Positions 56,068 through 64,000 of a DNA stretch of 64,000 nucleotides are shown here, piece after piece (position 1 is the stretch's first letter; every line of letters starts with the position of its first letter). The notes under the pieces were generated by a model, which saw only the letters and a list, made by a program, of their open reading frames with translations, did not search any database and was not told where the DNA came from. A program made the translations under genes and the position numbers. The stretch comes from Phormidesmis sp. (GTDB lineage: Bacteria; Cyanobacteriota; Cyanobacteriia; Leptolyngbyales; Leptolyngbyaceae): the NCBI GenBank assembly GCA_965248535.1, contig CBDFJR010000005.1:448001-512000 (forward strand), given 5' to 3'.

Positions 56068-57288
56068 CTACCCCAGCCAGCCTTTTAGCCGCTCTGCGAT
56101 CTGAGGTCGCCGCAGCTTCCGCATCGCCTTGCTTTGAATTTGCCGCACCCGTTCGCGAGACAGGTTAAAGATGCCGCCGACTTCTTCTAAAGTGCAAGGC
56201 TTGCTCGTCGTCAGCCCATAGCGAAGAGAAATAATGTCTTTCTCCCGCTCAGTCAGCACATTTCCTAACACCTCCCAGATCTCCTGACGCAGCATCGTTT
56301 CGGTCATCTGCGATTCGGGTGATTGGGTGTCGCCATCTTCTAGCAAATCCATCAACTCAGTGTCTTCGCCCTTGCCAACTCGGTGATTAAGCGACAGAGA
56401 CTGGCGGCGCACTTGCTGAAGGTGCTGTAGCTGCTCGACGGTCAGTTCTAAAGACTCGGCAAGCTCTAGCTCAGTTGGGTTGCGGTTGAGATCTCGCTTG
56501 AGATCGCGGTGCGCCTTTTTGAGCTTATTGAGCTTTTCAACAATGTGAATGGGGAGGCGAATCGTGCGGGCATCGTTGGCGATCGTGCGCGTGATCCCCT
56601 GCCGAATCCACCAATAGGCGTAGGTTGAAAATTTATAGCCCTTATCGGGATCAAATTTCTCAGTGGCCCGGTTTAGCCCCAGTGCCCCTTCTTGAATCAG
56701 ATCTAAAAACGGCACGCCGCGATTTAAATAGCGTTTAGCGATCGAGACCACCAGCCGCAGATTCGATCGGATCATCTTCCGCTTGGCGACCCGGCTGCGG
56801 TGCAGGCGATGCTCTAGCTGACGCTCATTCAGTCCGAGTTTAGCCGCTAGCTCAACCTTAGTGGGAATGCGCCCCAACTCTTCATAGACCTGACGGTGCA
56901 GTGCCTCCATCTCGCCTAGATATTGAACTCGTCGAGCTAGCTCTACTTCCTCATCCGGTTTGAGCAGGGGATAGCGCGCCATTTCCTTAAAGAAGGCTCC
57001 GACCGCATCATCGGCGATCGTTTTGCTATAGCCTGCCGATCGGGCCGTGGCAATCTGATCGACTTCGACCTCATCGGCAGACTGGTCAACCTCCGCCATT
57101 TCTGCGGCGACATCCTCCAGTCCTTCGAGATCAGGCTCTTCTATTTCAACAATGGGGACACCCTCAAAGTCGGCATCTGGCGCTAGTTGCAGGGAGTTAA
57201 CTGAGTCTAAATCAGCAACGTCTATTGCAAAGTTTAATGCACGATCGGAGAGAATTCCTGTGTTAGAACTCTTGCTTTGTTCGTTCAT
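56068..57288 (-). CDS. sigC: Group 2 RNA polymerase sigma factor SigC
   Basis: DDAVGAFFKEMARYPLL, SNLRLVVSIAKRY, KFSTYAYWWIRQ, LSRERVRQIQ; acidic N-terminal extension. Confidence 0.87.
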   Translation of the reverse strand: MNEQSKSSNTGILSDRALNFAIDVADLDSVNSLQLAPDADFEGVPIVEIEEPDLEGLEDVAAEMAEVDQSADEVEVDQIATARSAGYSKTIADDAVGAFFKEMARYPLLKPDEEVELARRVQYLGEMEALHRQVYEELGRIPTKVELAAKLGLNERQLEHRLHRSRVAKRKMIRSNLRLVVSIAKRYLNRGVPFLDLIQEGALGLNRATEKFDPDKGYKFSTYAYWWIRQGITRTIANDARTIRLPIHIVEKLNKLKKAHRDLKRDLNRNPTELELAESLELTVEQLQHLQQVRRQSLSLNHRVGKGEDTELMDLLEDGDTQSPESQMTETMLRQEIWEVLGNVLTEREKDIISLRYGLTTSKPCTLEEVGGIFNLSRERVRQIQSKAMRKLRRPQIAERLKGWLG

Positions 57289-58033
57289 ATCAATACAGTA
57301 TCAAGGTAGTTTTACTCAACGCGCCTGAAGAGGAAAGCTCACCAAAACCATAGAAATTATGATTTTTATAAGCCAGTTTAGAGACGACTGCGAAATCTAG
57401 AGATGATGGTCAGCGTTCCTTAAGGTCAATTGACCCTCATTTGTAACCGAAAAATAGTTTAATTTAGACCTTTATAAAGTCGGTCTTCGAGAGCCTCCCA
57501 ATCGAGTGTTTTTAACTAGTTTTTATGGATTTTTATATGCCGACCGATCAGACTACTGAAGAGCAATAACCTCATTCAAATTGAAGAATTCTGCTGTTAA
57601 AACTCTTCAGTAGCTCCGATCGGGGAAAGCAGTTCAACACGGCTCTAAAGTTGGTTAGATCCTGACGGTAGCGACAAACCTTTCTCTAAGCCTTGAAACA
57701 AACTGCGGCAGAAACTGGCTTTGTGCTCCTTGGACTGCTCTAACAGACTCCCACACCCGATTAGGTTTGCATCTCTACCGATAGTGAGAAAGTTGATTGC
57801 CATTTTCCTGTATTTGTCTGCTAATCTTATTCAGCCCGGAGTGAGCAAGCCTTCTCGTCGGTTTTTTCTCAAGCTAAGATCAATGCTCTAAGCTCAATTA
57901 ACCGAGTTGAGCGTCTTCGATGTGTCCTGAGTCACCCCGCAAAAAGACACCCCCCAAAGTCGTAACCATGCCTAGGGTTCTTCAAGTTTTCTAGAGTCGC
58001 TAAATTCGTCAAAAATTTTTCGCTTAAGACATT

Positions 58034-60568
58034 TTGATATGGTTGAGCCTCTGTCTAGCACCGTCGTTTTATCCGTGGCTGAACCGTCTGCACTCTACTC
58101 AACAGACTTCGCGGCGGAGTGATTGGGTTGAAGTGTTAGCCGATTGTCCGGGTGCTTCAGGGTTCTACACCTATAAGCTGCCGATCGGTCTGTCCGTTCA
58201 GATAGGTGATATCTTGAGTGTGCCATTTGGGGCGCAGCAAGTGGGCGCGATCGCGATTCGGTTTCTAGAGGTGTTGCCGCTTGATCTTGACCCTGAGCAG
58301 ATCCGAGAAGTCGAAGCGATCGTCAGTGCTGGGTTTTTCCCTGCTTCTTATTGGAGTCTGCTGAGTCGAGTCGCCGACTATTATCACACCTCTTTAATGC
58401 AGGTGGTAAAAGTGGCGCTGCCGCCGGGGTTGTTGGCACGATCGCAGCGGCGAATTCGACTCCGAAAAGATGCAGCCATTGCCGACCCTTTTCTGACCGC
58501 TCCGGCGCAACAAATTCTCAACGTGCTCAGAGCCAGCAAAACGGGGGATTATTCGTGGCGGTTTGTGCAGCGACAGGTGCAAAATGCCAGTCGAGGGCTG
58601 CAAGAGCTGCTGAAAGGGCAGCTTGTCGAAAGTTATCTAGAGCCGCCTAAACCTGTTCGCCCCAAAGCAAAACAGGCGGTGACGCTGGTGAAAACTGATT
58701 TTTTGTCAGATCTGTCTGATCTCACCGATCGCCAACGCGAGATTCTCGAACTGCTCAAGCGTCAGGGCGGTGAAACGTGGCTAAACGACCTGCTGCAAAT
58801 GGGTCACACCAGTTCACCCGTGCTCAAAAAGCTAGAGAGCAAAGGCTATGTGGTAATCCAGCTTAGAGAAGTGCTGCGGGCAGAGCCGAGCGGCCCGGCG
58901 GCAGAAGCAGAGGGTTCTCGGACTTTAACGCCTGAGCAAGCCGAGGCGGTGAGCCAGATTCGTCAGCAGTCTCACTTTACTCAAATCTTGCTGCACGGCG
59001 TAACCGGATCGGGCAAAACGGAGGTCTATCTGCAAGCGATCGCTCCGATTTTAGATCGTGGTCAGTCGGCGCTCGTGCTCGTGCCAGAGATTGGGTTAAC
59101 GCCTCAGTTGACCGATCGCTTTCGGGCGCGGTTTGGCGATCGCGTCTGCGTCTATCACAGCGCCCTCTCAGAAGGCGAACGCTATGACACTTGGCGACAG
59201 ATGTTGAGCGGTAGCCCGCAGGTGGCGATCGGGACGCGATCAGCCGTTTTTGCTCCACTGCCCCACCTGGGTCTCATTATTCTCGACGAAGAACATGATT
59301 CCAGCTTTAAGCAAGATCAGCCTGCTCCTTGCTATCACGCCCGCACCGTTGCCCAGTGGCGCGCCGAGCTAGAAAACTGTCCTTTAATTTTAGGGTCAGC
59401 TACGCCCTCTTTAGAATCGTGGGTTGCTGCCAAGGATGGCTCTAGAGACCCGAACTCACTCTATTTGTCTCTGCCCAAACGAGTCTACGATCGCCCGCTG
59501 CCCCCGATCGAGATCGTCGATATGCGTCAAGAATTGCGAGAGCGCAACGGCTCGATTTTTAGCCGATCGCTCCAGTCGGCGCTGCAAACTCTCAAAGAGC
59601 GGAGACAGCAGGGCTTGCTCTTCATTCATCGTCGCGGTCACAGCACCTTTGTCTCGTGCCGCAGTTGTGGCTATGTGATGGAGTGCCCTCACTGCGATGT
59701 GTCGCTGTCTTATCACCACACTCACGCAGATGCAAAGCCGCTTTTGCGCTGTCATTATTGCAACCATGCTCAGTCTCAGCCGTCTCACTGTCCATCGTGT
59801 GAGTCTCCCTATTTCAAACAGTTTGGCAGTGGCACTCAGCGAGTTACTGAAGAATTAGCGCGGCAGTTTCCTGAGTTGAGTGTGATTCGGTTTGACAGCG
59901 ATACGACTCGTGCTAAGGGCGCACACCGATCGCTGTTGACTAACTTTGCCCAAGGCGGTGCTGATTTGTTGGTCGGCACACAGATGCTCACCAAAGGCAT
60001 TGATCTACCTCAAGTCACGTTGGTGGGAATTATCGCAGCAGACGGATTGTTGAATCTCCAGGATTTTCGCGCTAGTGAACGGGCCTTTCAAACCCTGGTG
60101 CAAGTTGCAGGGCGGGCGGGGCGAGGCGACGAACCGGGACGAGTGGTGCTGCAAACCTATGCCCCAGAGCATCCGGTGATCGAGGCAGTTAAACATCAAG
60201 CCTATGAGCCGTTTGTGGCGGCCGAGCTTGAGCAGCGATCGGCGCTGCACTATCCCCCTTATGGGCGGTTGATCTTGCTGCGTCTGAGCGGAGTCAACCC
60301 CGTTGCGGTGCAAAAAGCCGCAGAGCGAGTGGGAGAATTTTTAGCACGATCGCTGACAGCCTTGCGGGGTGATGCAGATTCTGGCTATGAGTTACTCGGC
60401 CCGGCTCCGGCCTCGATTTTGAGAGTGGCTCGGCGCTATCGCTGGCAAATTTTGCTCAAAGTTCCGTCTCAGAGTGAGACCGATCGCGTTGACTGGGAAG
60501 CAGTGCGATCGCACTGTGGTTCAACAGTGAGTTTGGCGATCGACATCGACCCGATGAATTTGATGTAG
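58034..60568 (+). CDS. priA: Primosomal protein N' (start uncertain)
   Basis: HGVTGSGKTEVY, DEEH, CxxC Zn-knuckles, GTQMLTKG, QVAGRAGR. Confidence 0.95.
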   Translation: MIWLSLCLAPSFYPWLNRLHSTQQTSRRSDWVEVLADCPGASGFYTYKLPIGLSVQIGDILSVPFGAQQVGAIAIRFLEVLPLDLDPEQIREVEAIVSAGFFPASYWSLLSRVADYYHTSLMQVVKVALPPGLLARSQRRIRLRKDAAIADPFLTAPAQQILNVLRASKTGDYSWRFVQRQVQNASRGLQELLKGQLVESYLEPPKPVRPKAKQAVTLVKTDFLSDLSDLTDRQREILELLKRQGGETWLNDLLQMGHTSSPVLKKLESKGYVVIQLREVLRAEPSGPAAEAEGSRTLTPEQAEAVSQIRQQSHFTQILLHGVTGSGKTEVYLQAIAPILDRGQSALVLVPEIGLTPQLTDRFRARFGDRVCVYHSALSEGERYDTWRQMLSGSPQVAIGTRSAVFAPLPHLGLIILDEEHDSSFKQDQPAPCYHARTVAQWRAELENCPLILGSATPSLESWVAAKDGSRDPNSLYLSLPKRVYDRPLPPIEIVDMRQELRERNGSIFSRSLQSALQTLKERRQQGLLFIHRRGHSTFVSCRSCGYVMECPHCDVSLSYHHTHADAKPLLRCHYCNHAQSQPSHCPSCESPYFKQFGSGTQRVTEELARQFPELSVIRFDSDTTRAKGAHRSLLTNFAQGGADLLVGTQMLTKGIDLPQVTLVGIIAADGLLNLQDFRASERAFQTLVQVAGRAGRGDEPGRVVLQTYAPEHPVIEAVKHQAYEPFVAAELEQRSALHYPPYGRLILLRLSGVNPVAVQKAAERVGEFLARSLTALRGDADSGYELLGPAPASILRVARRYRWQILLKVPSQSETDRVDWEAVRSHCGSTVSLAIDIDPMNLM

Positions 60569-60585
60569 CAGACAACTAGAATCCT

Positions 60586-60939
60586 TCAACTTCGATTTTG
60601 AATGAGCTGCTCCACGATGCCAGTTAATCGTGAAACTACGTCAGCCTGCTGCCTGACCACATCAGCCTGCTGCCTGACCACATCAGCATTTTCGCGGATC
60701 ATTGCTTTAATTTCCGCTAGATCCGCTCTAAAAAGCTGACTGGCTTGCTCTTGTCTTTCCCCCTGTTGCCTGACAGTCTCAGCGAGATCACGATTTACAA
60801 CAATCTGCTGACGGATCATTTCTTTGATTTCTGCCGTGTCGGCTCGAAATTCGGTCAAACCTTCGGTGAGTCTGCCGACATGAACTGTCAGAATTTCTAG
60901 GTTTTGATCGATCCGGTCTAATTTTTGGTCTGTGGTCAT
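60586..60939 (-). CDS. Small coiled-coil protein with an internal 21-bp tandem repeat
   Basis: Heptad-rich ORF; TCAGCCTGCTGCCTGACCACA occurs twice at 60641-60682 (ADVVRQQ repeat). Confidence 0.7.
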   Translation of the reverse strand: MTTDQKLDRIDQNLEILTVHVGRLTEGLTEFRADTAEIKEMIRQQIVVNRDLAETVRQQGERQEQASQLFRADLAEIKAMIRENADVVRQQADVVRQQADVVSRLTGIVEQLIQNRS

Positions 60940-60996
60940 CGCGAACGCTCGGCTCTCTATCCGTTGAGATCAAATTGTAGACTGAAAACGATCGCC

Positions 60997-62094
60997 TCAA
61001 TCCCTGGTCAAATCTATTCTCGCTTCTGGCAAAATAATCATGGCATCCCCGAAAGAATAGAAGCGATAGGGATGCTCGATCGCGGCTTGATAGAGCTTCA
61101 GCAATCGTTCTCGCCCGATCAAAGCGCTCACCAGCATCAGCAAACTAGACTTTGGCAAATGAAAATTTGTGATCAATCCATCTACCACGCGCCACTGATA
61201 GCTGGGGTAAATAAACAGCGCAGTCTTGCCACAAAAAGGCTGAATCTCTCCCGACTGAGCCGCTGCTTCTAAAGACCTGACGCTCGTCGTTCCGACGGCG
61301 ATCACGCGCCCGCCTCGATCTTTGGTCTGACGAATTTTCTCAACGGTTTCGTTAGAAACCTCAACCCATTCACCGTGCATGGAATGGTGCGTAATGTCTT
61401 CACTCTCCACCGGACGGAAGGTGCCCACCCCGACGTGCAGGGTGACAAACGCCTGATCAATGCCCTTTTGCCGCAAGCGATCGAGCAACTCTGGCGTAAA
61501 GTGCAATCCCGCAGTTGGGGCCGCGACGGCTCCGAGACGATCGGCATAGACGGTCTGGTATTGCTCTGGCTGAGACTCGCTATCAGTAATGTAGGGCGGC
61601 AGGGGAAGTTGCCCAAACTGATCTAATACTTCGAGGAGAGATTGGTTGTCAGAGACCTCAAACTGAAGGATTCTACCCCGCGTTGCCTCGTCGCTAGAAA
61701 CCACGATCGCGCTCACGCTAACCCCACAGTCTGGCTGCAAGGGAGTTAATAAAATCTTGCTGCCAGGCTTGAGCCGCCTACCCGGTTTGACTAGCGCTAA
61801 CCATTGATTGGGCTGTTGTTCTTCTAACAACAGCACTTCTACTTTAGTGCCGCCAGTTTTTTGCCCATAAAGCCTAGCTGGAAGCACTCGCGTATTATTG
61901 AGAATGAGTAAGTCTCCAGGCTTAAGCAAGTCAGGTAGCTCTCGAAAAATCTGGTGACGATGCTGAGTCTGATCGGCTACAACCAGCAGTTGGGCACTGT
62001 CTCTGGGAATCGCCGCCGTTTGAGAAATTTGATCCTGCGGCAGAAAATAGTCATAAGCAGAAAGCGAAAGGTCGGCATCCACACGATCGAGCAT
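60997..62094 (-). CDS. queA: tRNA preQ1 SAM ribosyltransferase-isomerase
   Basis: NNTRVLPARL, PLPPYI, YQTVYA...AVAAPTAGLHF, TNFHLPKSSL, YRFYSFGDAM. Confidence 0.96.
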   Translation of the reverse strand: MLDRVDADLSLSAYDYFLPQDQISQTAAIPRDSAQLLVVADQTQHRHQIFRELPDLLKPGDLLILNNTRVLPARLYGQKTGGTKVEVLLLEEQQPNQWLALVKPGRRLKPGSKILLTPLQPDCGVSVSAIVVSSDEATRGRILQFEVSDNQSLLEVLDQFGQLPLPPYITDSESQPEQYQTVYADRLGAVAAPTAGLHFTPELLDRLRQKGIDQAFVTLHVGVGTFRPVESEDITHHSMHGEWVEVSNETVEKIRQTKDRGGRVIAVGTTSVRSLEAAAQSGEIQPFCGKTALFIYPSYQWRVVDGLITNFHLPKSSLLMLVSALIGRERLLKLYQAAIEHPYRFYSFGDAMIILPEARIDLTRD

Positions 62095-62264
62095 TAGTGA
62101 TAGCAGTTGATTCTCCCATTAAAACATGAGGTTATTGGCTCTCTACCCACTCCCCTTTTTAGAATTGGGTGAATTCACGTATAAGATGTCGGGTGCATTC
62201 ACCCTACTGGCTCAGAGCATTTGCAGGGATCATAAAGAAGTAGCATTTGCTCAACCAAACGGAC

Positions 62265-62654
62265 ATGGAATATCTCTACTACCTCGCGAATGCCAGTCTG
62301 ACTCTGAGAATCGTTGAGTATCTTCACTCTATGAGCCAATTGAGCGTTGGCTTTATGACGGTGATTCATCAGATTGATGGTTGGGTGGTCAAGGTGAAGA
62401 TGAGCCATGCCCTCGATCCTCAACGAGATGGTGACTTGCGCGCCTTCTTAAACGAGTTGGGCATTCCCTATCAGCCCGGCATTCGGGTGCAGATGGCCCT
62501 TTGGGGGCTAGAAACGGGGCAGTCGCCGATCGATGTGATGCAGCGTTATCAGGTTGCAGTCGTTTCTCATGGCACTCCTGATGGTCAAGAAATTGAAGAA
62601 TTTCGTAAGCAGTTTGTGCAAGGCTTAGGGTATTGTCCTGAAACCTTGGCCTAA
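62265..62654 (+). CDS. Conserved cyanobacterial hypothetical protein
   Basis: MEYLYYLANASLTLR...TVIHQIDGWVV...GLGYCPETLA; clean ORF, function not recognised. Confidence 0.75.
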   Translation: MEYLYYLANASLTLRIVEYLHSMSQLSVGFMTVIHQIDGWVVKVKMSHALDPQRDGDLRAFLNELGIPYQPGIRVQMALWGLETGQSPIDVMQRYQVAVVSHGTPDGQEIEEFRKQFVQGLGYCPETLA

Positions 62655-62754
62655 TCATCCCCAGTCAGTTCAGTGAGTTCTCAGTCTTTTAGAATCCACA
62701 ATGTTGGTGAACGATCTGACTGTCCAATCGCCGCTGAAAGTCTCGTCATTTCGT

Positions 62755-63285
62755 TTAGAGGGTAAACGCCGCTTGAATGTATTCATGGAGCGTGAGGTGA
62801 TAGCCTGCGATCGTGCGAGTCATCGGCAAATCTGACTCAGATGAAACTATCAAATCAGACTTCTGTAGCCGTGCAGCGCTAGGGTCAACACCTTGCGCTC
62901 TTTTTTTTGAAGCGGATTGACAACGCACGAGCGCCACATCAAATCGACAGGGCAGCATGGCTAGGTCGGGGTGCTTGACCAGAAATAACTGCGCGGTTTG
63001 CCAAAGTTTTTTCTGCTTGGTTGGAGTGATGGCTAACAGTCCATCGCTGTCCCAATTGCCTTGGCTACGAGTTTTGACTTCGACAAAGGTCAACCCGTGA
63101 GGCAGATCAGAGCAGGCAATGATGTCAATTTCACCAAATCGGCAGTGCCATCGCTGCTGCAAAATTTGCCACCCCTGCGATCGTAGCCAGTCAGCGACAA
63201 ATTCTTCGCCTAGGGTGCCGAGAGTCGTCGTGGATTTGGGCGGGTCAGAAGATGCAGGGGAGTTCACAGATTCAGGTACTATCAA
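62755..63285 (-). CDS. yraN: YraN / UPF0102 family protein
   Basis: G..GE...A..L...GW.I, GEIDII, FVEVKTR, CRFDV. Confidence 0.9.
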   Translation of the reverse strand: MIVPESVNSPASSDPPKSTTTLGTLGEEFVADWLRSQGWQILQQRWHCRFGEIDIIACSDLPHGLTFVEVKTRSQGNWDSDGLLAITPTKQKKLWQTAQLFLVKHPDLAMLPCRFDVALVRCQSASKKRAQGVDPSAARLQKSDLIVSSESDLPMTRTIAGYHLTLHEYIQAAFTL

Positions 63286-63387
63286 AGGAGATGACTGGGG
63301 ATGAGAACGTCTTGACTGTTTGACGGTTTATTCTCAAAGTGCCCGGATTATCTGCTGCAATAAACTGTCAGACCCAACCGATTAAAA

Positions 63388-63942
63388 ATGAGTCGTCATC
63401 CCCATATTTTCTCTGTTCAACTAACGCAATGCTGGCTGGTTGAGGTGCGTTTAGCGTTCAGATTTGCACTGAAAAGATTTGTTCTATTTTTGTTGGGTTG
63501 GCTGTGGATTTCAGGCATGGTTTCTAACCCAGTTCTCGCAGAAGACTATGACAAAGATTTCTTGGTTCGCGCCGACTTTTCAAACCGGGTCTTAGTTGAC
63601 TCTAGTTTCACCAAAGCAAATCTGCGAGAGATTAACCTGAGCAATAGCGATCTGCGAGGCGTGAGCCTGTTTGGTGCCAACCTAGAAAGTGCCAATTTGG
63701 AGGGAGCCAACCTCAGCAACAGCACCCTTGATACGGCTCGGTTTGTGGGTGCAAATCTCACAAACGCCATTTTAGAAGGGGCTTTTGCCTTTAATGCAAA
63801 GTTTGACGGGGCCACGATCGACGGAGCCGATTTTACAGATGTTGAGTTTAGAGCCGATGCTCAAAAGCTTCTCTGCAAGTTAGCAAAAGGGGTCAACCCA
63901 GTCACAGGTCGAAAGACCAGAGACACCCTCTATTGTGATTAG
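63388..63942 (+). CDS. Exported pentapeptide-repeat protein (thylakoid-lumen type; start uncertain)
   Basis: Signal-like N-terminus, A(D/N)Lxx repeats, LC..A.G.NP.TGR.TRDTL.C tail. Confidence 0.88.
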   Translation: MSRHPHIFSVQLTQCWLVEVRLAFRFALKRFVLFLLGWLWISGMVSNPVLAEDYDKDFLVRADFSNRVLVDSSFTKANLREINLSNSDLRGVSLFGANLESANLEGANLSNSTLDTARFVGANLTNAILEGAFAFNAKFDGATIDGADFTDVEFRADAQKLLCKLAKGVNPVTGRKTRDTLYCD

Positions 63943-64000
63943 CGATGAGCGGGTATAACCTTGCCAAGTTATTCATTCATGGTCTTATAAGTAGCCACGG

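Noticed and set aside
1..64000. Very frequent GCGATCGC / CGATCG repeats
   Set aside because: This is HIP1, the well-known cyanobacterial octamer; it is dispersed and does not form an array
1..64000. CRISPR array, tRNA or rRNA genes
   Set aside because: I found no regularly spaced direct repeats and no tRNA or rRNA signature by eye; tRNAscan and CRISPR finders would be needed to exclude them formally

Overview
This is a chromosomal window from a cyanobacterium: HIP1 GCGATCGC octamers are very dense and PSRP-3, CRR6, hpsA and sigC are present. The hps locus suggests a filamentous, motile strain (inference). Most of the window is housekeeping: an RND efflux pump with a divergent TetR, dppBC-like permeases, ruvB, glgB, rpmB, argD, sigC, priA, queA and yraN. 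Four blocks stand out. (1) A ~5.2 kb accessory patch (8490-13736), bounded by two different MITE-like elements, holds a single-chain MmeI-like (Type IIL/IIG) restriction-modification gene with an AT-rich target-recognition region. It also holds a decayed IS200/IS605 tnpB fused to the reverse-oriented 5' domain of a group II intron, and a maltose O-acetyltransferase-like gene. (2) A ~13 kb wzm/wzt glycan cluster (21165-34441) has four methyltransferase domains, including a GT4-GT4-methyltransferase fusion. (3) The hpsA-D pseudopilin locus carries putative SigJ/SigF-type promoter boxes. (4) A decayed patch at 54.0-55.4 kb has two remnants of the same small gene flanking a broken TPR gene. Two signalling proteins lack their phospho-acceptor residues: a DICT-domain kinase (His->Gln) and a stand-alone receiver (Asp->Asn). 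I saw no CRISPR array, tRNA or rRNA. The supplied ORF track labels ruvB as minus, but it reads on the plus strand.
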